IMG/VR virus record: IMGVR_UViG_3300033232_000013 | Location: 1 to 25,696 of that record | DNA: 25,696 nucleotides | Reading direction: 5' to 3' (one strand) | Origin: a virus | Lineage: Duplodnaviria; Caudoviricetes | Shown here: piece after piece, positions 1 to 7,556 of the stretch | Layout: the number at the start of each line of letters is the position of its first letter | Position numbering within the stretch: position 1 is the stretch's first letter | The notes under the pieces: model-generated | What the model was told of the DNA's origin: nothing | The model's database searches: none | The model's input: the letters and a program-made list of their open reading frames with translations, nothing else | Translations under genes and position numbers: made by a program

Positions 1-542
1 AGCCGACGATTGGATACGCAGGGAAACCACCGCGCGCGGCCAGTACCACGCTGGATAGAAGCGGTTATGACCCTGTACTAGATGGTGACCGTAAAGCTAC
101 TCGCAGCGCAGAGGACATTCTAAATGAGCTTGATGCCATTGCAGAAGCAGACAAAGATGATGATGCTAAGAACCTAGCTAGTCATACCATCACTGTTTGG
201 CTACCTGATCTGGGTGAAGAGCGTAAGCTAAACACGGCTGGTGAAATAAACGCCATGCTGCTAAGTTATGCTCTAACAGTGCACAAGAGCCAGGGTAGCG
301 AGTGGCGCAGAGTGTTTATCTTCTTGCATCACAGCCACCAGACTATGTGTTCTAGAGAGCTTCTGTACACGGCTATTACTAGAGCTAAAGAAGAGCTTTA
401 CATAGTTTGCGAGGGCGACATATCACCATATAAGAACCAACTGCTAACAGGTTCTAACCGCGCAGTTATCCCAGGGACTACACTAAAAGATAAGATAGCC
501 TACTTTACCAACAAGGCTACAGAGATGAAGAAACTTTCTTAA
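1..542 (+). CDS. RecD/Dda-like SF1B helicase, C-terminal part (5' end outside window)
   Basis: The frame is open from position 3 to TAA at 540-542. It contains SF1B motif V YALTVHKSQGSEW and motif VI RELLYTAITRAK. The ORF-track start at 255 is internal. Confidence 0.92.
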   Translation, partial: PTIGYAGKPPRAASTTLDRSGYDPVLDGDRKATRSAEDILNELDAIAEADKDDDAKNLASHTITVWLPDLGEERKLNTAGEINAMLLSYALTVHKSQGSEWRRVFIFLHHSHQTMCSRELLYTAITRAKEELYIVCEGDISPYKNQLLTGSNRAVIPGTTLKDKIAYFTNKATEMKKLS

Positions 543-572
543 CGTGCTTTGCACAATCTTGGAGATTTTACT

Positions 573-1721
573 ATGAACAGTTTAAACACACAAACAAACC
601 GGGCACAAACTAAAACAATCCACTGCCAGCGCAGTGGCGTACCACTGGTTGAGGTAACTAGTGTATGTTCAAATGGCTGGGCACTACTTAGCCAGCCAGT
701 GTTTTCTGTCTTTGTCCACCCTGTATATGGCTTGCCACTGGGTAAGCTTTGCCGGCGCCTAGAATTACAGCTGATGGATGCTGACCATGCAGAGTGGGAC
801 ATACCAAATAGTGCCATCACAGAGATCAGCATAACTATGTCAGCCCTTGTCTATGCACTAGATGCTATGTGGCTACCTAACGAGGATGCTCTGGTTACTG
901 GCAGAAACATAGAGTCTAGCTTGCCAGATAAAAAGACTACCGTAGGCTGTGCAGATAGGCTTCTAGATTTAGCCGGTTGGTACTTTGCAGAGACAAGCAG
1001 GCGCATTACATTTCCACTGTGGAAGCCAAGCAAACATGCTGGCAATCTTAACTGGCACGGATTCAGCGCCTGGTTAGATGCCTGTTTTGATCTGCGCAGA
1101 GAGTGGTCACTTGCCAAGCGCAAAGCAGAAAACAAGGAACTGTTGCGCAGCACAGAAGATGTGTTGAAGCTAGTTAGTCAGGCGCAAGTATATAAGCGCA
1201 TAGACACTAAAAAAGTATGGCGCTGGATTGAGATTCAGGCTAGTGAGTTCGGTGGTAAGTATTCAGCCGGGCGGCGAGAAACTCTGCGCAGCTTGTTTAT
1301 GAACGGCGAACAGGAACCTGAGATTTGGACAAGTGATGATTGCGATGACTTGATTGAGATGATGGTAGATACCTGTGATATCGGTAATGATATTACTAGC
1401 TATATCCGCAACCGCGTTAGCAACATACGCGCTGCTATTATAGACTTCTACAGTGACTTTACTTTGATAGGTGCTAGCAATACAAACAAGCATGGTGTAG
1501 TAACTAGCGGACTTGAGTTAACTAGCGCAGAGCGCAGCGCCGAAGATAAGCTGTTCGGGGAATACGAGACTAAGCTAGCTACTCTTACTGCGCCACCGGT
1601 GCGGCCAAATCCAGCAGACTATCCTAACCGGGTGATGGCACTGAAAGCACAGGCCGAGTGGAATATCCTTAGCAAGCTATTCGCGGCACGGCAGGCACGT
1701 ACACAAACCACAGCTATCTAA
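573..1721 (+). CDS. Hypothetical phage protein (~382 aa)
   Basis: Long ORF. GGAG at 561-564 favours ATG 573 over TTG 549. No recognised motif. Confidence 0.8.
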   Translation: MNSLNTQTNRAQTKTIHCQRSGVPLVEVTSVCSNGWALLSQPVFSVFVHPVYGLPLGKLCRRLELQLMDADHAEWDIPNSAITEISITMSALVYALDAMWLPNEDALVTGRNIESSLPDKKTTVGCADRLLDLAGWYFAETSRRITFPLWKPSKHAGNLNWHGFSAWLDACFDLRREWSLAKRKAENKELLRSTEDVLKLVSQAQVYKRIDTKKVWRWIEIQASEFGGKYSAGRRETLRSLFMNGEQEPEIWTSDDCDDLIEMMVDTCDIGNDITSYIRNRVSNIRAAIIDFYSDFTLIGASNTNKHGVVTSGLELTSAERSAEDKLFGEYETKLATLTAPPVRPNPADYPNRVMALKAQAEWNILSKLFAARQARTQTTAI

Positions 1722-1744
1722 ATTTTTTATATCGAGAAACAATC

Positions 1745-2095
1745 ATGACTACACTATATCAATTACTGGATGCTCCAGACAGAACCAAGACGCAACTTAT
1801 GTATCAAGCTACTTACTTTCCACGCACAGAGTTATCAGATAGTGCAGGGCGCCTGATTGCGTGGTACCACGGCACAATGCTGTTCAAAGGACAGATAGTT
1901 AACATGTTGAATGAAGACATGACTGAGCTAATGTATGCACCCCACAAAAAAGAGTTACAAGACTGGAGTATTAAATGGAGATTTAACAACATACCTACGC
2001 AGCTAGAATGGGAACGTAAATCAACTAGATTTATTATCAGTTGTGAGTTCCGTGTCTTGTTAGGCGGTGCCAAGATTGCTTTGTTGTCTTTTTAA
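1745..2095 (+). CDS. Hypothetical protein (116 aa)
   Basis: ATG ORF, co-directional and closely packed, with a weak upstream GAGA. Confidence 0.7.
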   Translation: MTTLYQLLDAPDRTKTQLMYQATYFPRTELSDSAGRLIAWYHGTMLFKGQIVNMLNEDMTELMYAPHKKELQDWSIKWRFNNIPTQLEWERKSTRFIISCEFRVLLGGAKIALLSF

Positions 2096-2114
2096 CTTTT
2101 TAGGAGAATAACTA

Positions 2115-2336
2115 ATGTCTATGCTAACTAATTCTATCCGCCCTAATTCTGACCCTGCTAATACGCACCGGCTTCCGGGCGCCGCGGCCTATGGTGCAAA
2201 CAAACCAGTTGGTGTATGTATGCGCTGCAACGTTAGGTCAGTTAACGTAACTGTTTCTAAGCACCCTGTCCTAAAGATGTTATGCAAAGACTGCAAACAG
2301 TTACTTGCGCAGCGTAATGCAGCAAAGAATACATAG
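2115..2336 (+). CDS. Small basic zinc-finger-like protein (73 aa)
   Basis: AGGAG SD at 2102-2106. Two CxxC pairs (CMRC, CKDC). Confidence 0.75.
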   Translation: MSMLTNSIRPNSDPANTHRLPGAAAYGANKPVGVCMRCNVRSVNVTVSKHPVLKMLCKDCKQLLAQRNAAKNT

Positions 2337-2369
2337 ATAAAAATAACTTGCTACCGCAGAAAAAACCGC

Positions 2370-2398
2370 TTGACAACTGGTCTATACTGTGGCATAGT
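2370..2398 (+). promoter_or_regulatory. sigma70-type promoter
   Basis: Consensus TTGACA (2370-2375), a 17-nt spacer, and CATAGT (2393-2398) preceded by an extended -10 TG (2390-2391). An A-tract lies upstream. The site is intergenic. Confidence 0.75.
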
Positions 2399-2490
2399 AG
2401 TAACTCACTGGCGCTAGTAACAGGCTAAAACAGCTAGCAAACAAACCTTGTTATCAACCGGCTAATTGCCAAACCTTAAAGGAAACTATC

Positions 2491-3129
2491 ATGGAATACA
2501 CTGCTAAATCATTCAAATTCAACTTCAAAAAGCGGACCATCAAAGATGAAAATGGCCAGATCATCGGGGAGATTGCAAAGAAACCTTCAATTGAGGTGGA
2601 GCTGCCGGTGCTATCTGCACAGGGTATTGTAGATACTTTGACAGCTGGAGGCAAGGAGGCAGAAGTTATTCAGGAAGCTGTTAACTTTGTATTTTATCAA
2701 GCTGCGCGCCAGCAATTTGATGATGTCATCGAGAATCTTGCAAACCCAGATGACGAAGTCAAAGCTAGCGATCTGAACTTTGACAAGCTGCAACTTAGCT
2801 ACCTTGCCAATCTGCCGCCTGCTACTCGCGGTGGTGCATCAATTTCGGAAGACGAGTGGAACTACTTCTTCCAAGACTACATGTCTGTCATGGTGGCAGC
2901 GACTGGTAAAGAAGAACGGCGCATTGCTAATCAGATTGAGCATTTCAAGAAGCCGCAGCGTTGCAAAGCTAACCAAGCTGTCTTGGAAGTTCTGGTTGAT
3001 CAGCTGTCTATCTATATCAGCAAGTCAGCCGCGATTGAGGATACTGCACAGGCTGCCGAGCGCCTCATGGGTAAATTCCAAGGCTGGATTGATGCACTGG
3101 CCGTGGCCAATGACCCTGATGCCTTGTAA
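2491..3129 (+). CDS. Hypothetical protein (212 aa), apparently its own transcription unit
   Basis: AAGGA SD. Flanked by the 2370 promoter and the 3171 terminator. Basic N-terminus followed by an acidic, helical-looking body. Confidence 0.85.
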   Translation: MEYTAKSFKFNFKKRTIKDENGQIIGEIAKKPSIEVELPVLSAQGIVDTLTAGGKEAEVIQEAVNFVFYQAARQQFDDVIENLANPDDEVKASDLNFDKLQLSYLANLPPATRGGASISEDEWNYFFQDYMSVMVAATGKEERRIANQIEHFKKPQRCKANQAVLEVLVDQLSIYISKSAAIEDTAQAAERLMGKFQGWIDALAVANDPDAL

Positions 3130-3170
3130 GCTGACAAGATAACAAGCTGACAGGCTAGCATCCTAGAAAC

Positions 3171-3204
3171 ACCGCCTGAGCCTAATACGCCGGGCGGTTT
3201 TTTT
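3171..3204 (+). terminator. Rho-independent terminator
   Basis: Stem ACCGCCTG / CGGGCGGT (one G-U pair) followed by a T run to 3204. Confidence 0.8.
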
Positions 3205-3275
3205 AGCTACTTAACTTTGCGTCTTGTTTAGGGCATAAAGTTAACAAGCCAAAACACTGAAAATCTATACACACA

Positions 3276-3539
3276 ATGTCTATCTCTGCAATTTATAACA
3301 AACTGTACTGTGGCGAAGTAGTCACTATTGCGTGTACCCGCGCAGTTTATGAGACTGTTCGCACAGGACTTATCCATAAGTATAAAAAGACTGCTAAACT
3401 GATGGAAGCTGTCGGGGATGATAGCTTGCTGGATAGCTACGTGCAGGCTACTTTTGATAAAGACCAGAACATTGCTACTTTTATTATTAAGCCACTAGCA
3501 GCCAAGAAGCGTAAGACATTAGACTACAAGTTTATCTAG
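3276..3539 (+). CDS. Hypothetical small basic protein (87 aa)
   Basis: ATG ORF abutting the next gene (2-nt gap). SD is weak. Confidence 0.7.
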   Translation: MSISAIYNKLYCGEVVTIACTRAVYETVRTGLIHKYKKTAKLMEAVGDDSLLDSYVQATFDKDQNIATFIIKPLAAKKRKTLDYKFI

Positions 3540-3541
3540 AC

Positions 3542-3790
3542 ATGGCACGTTTAGTGGATTATAAAGAAGTATGGGATACCGTTAAGCGCGAAGGCTCTGC
3601 TAGCATAGTTGTCTCCAAGGCGGCGGCAAAGAAAATAACTCTTGGCATTCTGCAAGCAAAAGCAAAAGAGAATGTAGCTAGGCGTAATGCGGGTCTAATG
3701 TACTGGTCTAAATTTACTATTGTACGTACACCCCTGTCTGACAGCATGCTTAGAATAGATTTCTCTCTTTTGTATCAGAGTAAATTATAA
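3542..3790 (+). CDS. Hypothetical small basic protein (82 aa)
   Basis: ATG ORF tightly coupled to its neighbours. Lys/Arg-rich. Confidence 0.7.
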   Translation: MARLVDYKEVWDTVKREGSASIVVSKAAAKKITLGILQAKAKENVARRNAGLMYWSKFTIVRTPLSDSMLRIDFSLLYQSKL

Positions 3791-3797
3791 ATAAATT

Positions 3798-4352
3798 ATG
3801 ACTATCAAACACAGATTACTAGCCGCATCCCTGGACTATTGGACGCGCAGCAAGATATCTTCGCAGCACCCGCTAGATTTTTATTGCTCTGTACTCAAAC
3901 CTGAGTGGTCAACTAGCCATGCGCATCCTAACCAACTTCTAGCTAACTTTGCAACTACCTACCTTGTTGCCTGGGGGCGCCCGGTAGAGCAGTTTGATAC
4001 ACGCAGCTTAGTATGGAGTCTAAGCAAATTTGATTATGCAACTCTGATGAAAGTGATTGATATGAAAGAAACTGGAACACAAACAAACTTACCACCGGAC
4101 GTAGTATCTAAACTAACCATGAGTCTAGCCAGTTTAGAAGCTGCGCTCCTGGAAAAAGATCCCATGATGCCACAGCATTTGCGTGCATCTCACCAGCTAC
4201 TCATTTCTTATCCAGAAACAGTCCACCTACTTGACGATGATGAGATAGCTAGACTGATCTCTGCTGCCCAGATACACACGCAGATTGAGATAGTTAAAGC
4301 AGGTACAAGCCGCGCAGCAGGGCGCAAAAAGATTTCTGCTGATGACCTTTGA
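3798..4352 (+). CDS. Hypothetical protein (184 aa; start uncertain)
   Basis: ORF fills the gap. C-terminal half looks helical and ends RKKISADDL. Internal ATGs near 4046 and 4062 are alternative starts. Confidence 0.65.
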   Translation: MTIKHRLLAASLDYWTRSKISSQHPLDFYCSVLKPEWSTSHAHPNQLLANFATTYLVAWGRPVEQFDTRSLVWSLSKFDYATLMKVIDMKETGTQTNLPPDVVSKLTMSLASLEAALLEKDPMMPQHLRASHQLLISYPETVHLLDDDEIARLISAAQIHTQIEIVKAGTSRAAGRKKISADDL

Positions 4353-4395
4353 AGCACACCACTTTTTAACCCACATATTTTTGGAGAATTTTATT

Positions 4396-4734
4396 ATGTC
4401 TTTCAATACAAAACAATCAGACACTAACTACACAATCATGATTGACCGCGTGTCTAACGGTTACATGCTTCACCTACTTAACAGCGATGGCGAGACTGTG
4501 CGCTCGGCCATAGCCAGTGAATACGCTGTCCGGGATTATTCTAGCTACTCTCTGTGCAGTGCTCTTGAGGAACTGTGGGCCTATGCAGAAAAGCTTAACA
4601 AGCAAGCAGAGGCGCTTGATGCAGAGCTGGCAGAAAACTTTGACACAGTGGCGCCAGACACTACTATGCAGCAGTTGCTTGATGAAGCCAGTCAGTCACC
4701 GGCTCTTATGGAAGTACCAGAGACTGGTCTGTAA
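4396..4734 (+). CDS. Hypothetical acidic protein (~112 aa)
   Basis: GGAG at 4383-4386 favours ATG 4396 over 4342. Confidence 0.75.
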   Translation: MSFNTKQSDTNYTIMIDRVSNGYMLHLLNSDGETVRSAIASEYAVRDYSSYSLCSALEELWAYAEKLNKQAEALDAELAENFDTVAPDTTMQQLLDEASQSPALMEVPETGL

Positions 4735-4769
4735 AAGACACGAAGCTAACAAAACAAGCAGGAGCTATC

Positions 4770-5000
4770 ATGGCACATTCAACTAATACAGAGGTAAGAC
4801 CAGATGACTTTGACGACTATGTATCTCTGCACCAGCAGCAGATTCGCAGCCGCCTAGCTAGACACCCTGATCCACGCGACCCAGAATATCCTTTGATAGA
4901 TTGGGATGAAGAAGACTTTATAGAAGCTGAAGAAGCTGAAGAAGACACTGAGGACTTTAATGACGAGCCAGTACCTTACGATGAGAACAAGGAAGTCTAA
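4770..5000 (+). CDS. Very acidic small protein (76 aa)
   Basis: AGGAG SD at 4760-4764. About one third of residues are D/E. Confidence 0.75.
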   Translation: MAHSTNTEVRPDDFDDYVSLHQQQIRSRLARHPDPRDPEYPLIDWDEEDFIEAEEAEEDTEDFNDEPVPYDENKEV

Positions 5001-5002
5001 TT

Positions 5003-6064
5003 ATGAACGCAGCAGATATATTAGATAGCCTGTTCACTGGTGCCACGCAGAACACAGCTACAAAGGTACTCAAGGATAACTACTCACAGCTAGTTGCCCA
5101 TGGGAATCTTTCTAGCTACAGTATGCAAAGTGTGTTCCATGCATGCCCACGCAAATACCAAATCAAGAAGCTGCAAGCTGCTACTGGCACCAGTGAGCGC
5201 ATCCAATCAGTTACGTTTTCTTTTGGCCACGCAGTAGGTGCAGGCGTAGCAGAGTATGATGCAGCTATCGGCAGTGGTGATGACCAGATGACTGCACTAG
5301 ATAAAGCTACTTGGGCCGCGTTCCTGGCCTGGGACATTGACCTGCTGGAGATTGAAACCAAGGGCACCTACGCAGATGGCGTCGGCAAGCCCACTGGAAA
5401 GTCTTTTGCTGGTGCAATCTGGGCGCTGGAAAAGTATGCTGTCTTTGTAGATGAAGAAACTAATCTACGTGACTATGAGACAGTTAGGATCGAAGCTAAC
5501 ATAGCGGTTGACTTTGAAGATGGTCACTTCTATGTTGGCCACATTGACGAACTGTTGCGGCACACAGAGACTGGCAGCTATCTCGTAAAGGAGAATAAGA
5601 CTACTGGAATGCGCAGTATTGATCCTGCCATGTATGCAAACAGTGATCAAGCACTTAGCTACGCTGTTGTCATTGACATGCTAGGTGGCAACGAGTTTGA
5701 AGTATTGTACACAGTTTATAGCAGTAGCGCCCGAGAGTGGATACAGCATAGATTTGTAAAGAGTTCTGTAAAAAAAGCAAGCTGGTTGCAGGATCAGTTG
5801 CTAATGCACCAACAGCTAGATAGCTACGTAGAGCTTGACTTTTTCCCAATGCGTGGCAGTGCCTGCTTTGACTTCATGCGCAAGTGTGAATATTTTGGCA
5901 AATGTGACATGGATCAATCAGGCGTGTTTGGTGTAAAGTTTAGCGATCTGGGAAAGATAACGTCTAAAGCTGACCTAGACAACATTGAGCCGGTGGACTA
6001 CTTTACTACGCTGTCTGACATTGTTGCCCGGCAGCAGGCTAAGCTATCAACTGAGCTAAATTAG
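5003..6064 (+). CDS. PD-(D/E)XK exonuclease, Cas4/AddB-like, with probable Fe-S cluster
   Basis: N-terminal SYS...ACPRKY, then FGHAV, catalytic GHID...KENKT, and C-terminal C-x6-C-x5-C (CFDFMRKCEYFGKC). This is the 1+3 Cys arrangement of AddB/Cas4. Confidence 0.85.
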   Translation: MNAADILDSLFTGATQNTATKVLKDNYSQLVAHGNLSSYSMQSVFHACPRKYQIKKLQAATGTSERIQSVTFSFGHAVGAGVAEYDAAIGSGDDQMTALDKATWAAFLAWDIDLLEIETKGTYADGVGKPTGKSFAGAIWALEKYAVFVDEETNLRDYETVRIEANIAVDFEDGHFYVGHIDELLRHTETGSYLVKENKTTGMRSIDPAMYANSDQALSYAVVIDMLGGNEFEVLYTVYSSSAREWIQHRFVKSSVKKASWLQDQLLMHQQLDSYVELDFFPMRGSACFDFMRKCEYFGKCDMDQSGVFGVKFSDLGKITSKADLDNIEPVDYFTTLSDIVARQQAKLSTELN

Positions 6065-6096
6065 CAAGCAGTGCAAACAAGCAGTGCAAACAAGCA
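6065..6096 (+). repeat. Tandem repeat CAAGCAGTGCAAA x2.5
   Basis: Exact copies at 6065-6077 and 6078-6090, and a partial copy at 6091-6096. Confidence 0.95.
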
Positions 6097-6108
6097 AAGG
6101 AATTACAT

Positions 6109-6921
6109 ATGAATTTAGATGAAATGAACACAGACACGCGTACCAAGGTACTTGTATATGGGCCGCCCAAATCAGGCAAGACTGCGCTAGTCGGTAAGCT
6201 AGCCAGTGACTTCAAGCTACACTACTTTGATCTTGAATCTGGTATTAGCACACTGCTCAATCCTGCCATCCTTGATCCCAAGTTCCGTAAGAATATCAAT
6301 GTGATTAACATTCCAGACCACAAGTTCTATCCGGTGGCCATAGATACCGTGCGCGATGTATTCCGCGGCGGTGCCAAGAAGATCTGCACAGTACATGGTA
6401 AGAATAACTGCCCACTGTGCGCAAAGAATCCCGCAGCTACATTCTCTGAAATAGACATCAGCAAGCTAGGGCCAGACGACATAGTTGTTATTGATAGCAT
6501 GAGCCAGCTTGCACGTAGCGCCATGAATAAGGCTACTCTTAAAGAGGTAATGAAGCCTGATGGTGAAAGCTACAAACAGACCTATGCTGACTACGCTATG
6601 CAGGGTGCTCTCATGGAGCAGGTGCTTAGTCTAATCCAAGTAATTAACTTGAACGTGATAGTGATCAGTCACGAGCTTGAAAGTGAAAGCTTGGAGGGCC
6701 GGGAAAAGATAGTCCCGGTGGCCGGCACGCGGAATTTCTCTCTGACTGTTGCCAAGTATTTTGACACAGTAATATACTGCACAGTACTTAACAAGCAGCA
6801 CCGTGCGTTCGGCTCATCTACTTACTCACCTACAATCGTCACTGGCAGCAGACTGCCAATTGACATTGACAATGGTAAGGAGGGTGCTGTATCCCTGCTG
6901 CCACTATTTAAACGAACTTAA
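6109..6921 (+). CDS. P-loop ATPase, Sak4/AAA_24-like single-strand annealing protein
   Basis: Walker A GPPKSGKT, Walker B IVVIDS, and VIVISHE. It lies between the exonuclease and the SSB-like gene, as in Sak4 modules. Confidence 0.8.
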   Translation: MNLDEMNTDTRTKVLVYGPPKSGKTALVGKLASDFKLHYFDLESGISTLLNPAILDPKFRKNINVINIPDHKFYPVAIDTVRDVFRGGAKKICTVHGKNNCPLCAKNPAATFSEIDISKLGPDDIVVIDSMSQLARSAMNKATLKEVMKPDGESYKQTYADYAMQGALMEQVLSLIQVINLNVIVISHELESESLEGREKIVPVAGTRNFSLTVAKYFDTVIYCTVLNKQHRAFGSSTYSPTIVTGSRLPIDIDNGKEGAVSLLPLFKRT

Positions 6922-6962
6922 AGGAACTTACTATGACTTGATAAATTAACCACACTACTTAC

Positions 6963-7006
6963 TTGTTTTTGTTTTTTGTTTTTAATTTTTAATTTTTAAT
7001 TTTTTG
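6963..7006 (+). repeat. Periodic T-tract leader: six T5-6 runs separated by G or AA
   Basis: Sequence TTG TTTTTG TTTTTTG TTTTTAA TTTTTAA TTTTTAA TTTTTTG, directly upstream of ATG 7017. Confidence 0.9.
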
Positions 7007-7016
7007 AAAGAATATC

Positions 7017-7469
7017 ATGGCTACTAATTTTGACGACTTGCTTGACATGCCTATGGACTCAGTTGAGGACTTGCCTCCTGTTGGTGTGCCTCCTACTGGC
7101 CACTACAATCTCCTTGTTACTGCTACACGCGAAAGCAAGGACGGTGGCAATGAGTTTGTGAAGTTTGCCTACACAGTTGAGAACGTTAACGAAGTCAAAA
7201 ACCCCGCTGAAGAATCTGAAGCTGCCGCGGGAATGAACTTTGTTGAGTTCTACAGTCCCCTCAAAAAGGATGGCACTGTTAACGAGTGGGGCATGAAGTT
7301 CCTTAAGCAGAGCATGGCGCCCTTTGCTGCTCACTTCGGTGGCAAAAGCTTCTCAGAAGTCCTGGAAAGCATTAATCAGGTTAGCGTTGCAGCTACATTG
7401 GTGCGTACCGTTGACAAGCGTGATTCTGACCGCTTCAACTTCAGGCTGTCAGACGTGATTGTGCTTTGA
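7017..7469 (+). CDS. Putative ssDNA-binding protein (DUF669-like OB fold)
   Basis: PPTGHYNLLV resembles the PxGxYxxxI start of this family. Beta-rich and acidic, and it follows the Sak4-like gene. Confidence 0.6.
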   Translation: MATNFDDLLDMPMDSVEDLPPVGVPPTGHYNLLVTATRESKDGGNEFVKFAYTVENVNEVKNPAEESEAAAGMNFVEFYSPLKKDGTVNEWGMKFLKQSMAPFAAHFGGKSFSEVLESINQVSVAATLVRTVDKRDSDRFNFRLSDVIVL

Positions 7470-7517
7470 TAGCTTGCATAGCTTGCATAGCGCAACTAGC
7501 TAGAGGCTAAATCCCTG

Positions 7518-7556
7518 CGGCTTGGTCTATGTCTAACAGCATGGCCAGGCCGTTTT
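7518..7556 (+). terminator. Terminator-like hairpin inside a longer stem
   Basis: CGGCTTGGTC (7518-7527) pairs with GGCCAGGCCG (7543-7552) and is followed by TTTT. Confidence 0.55.

Noticed and set aside
2780-3142. 120-aa alternative-frame ORF inside the 212-aa gene
   Set aside because: TTG start without an SD, and a Ser/Leu/Arg-rich composition typical of off-frame translation.
6065-6096. Repeat next to the Cas4-like gene as a mini-CRISPR array
   Set aside because: The units are 13 bp, directly adjacent and have no spacers. No cas1, cas2 or other cas genes are present.
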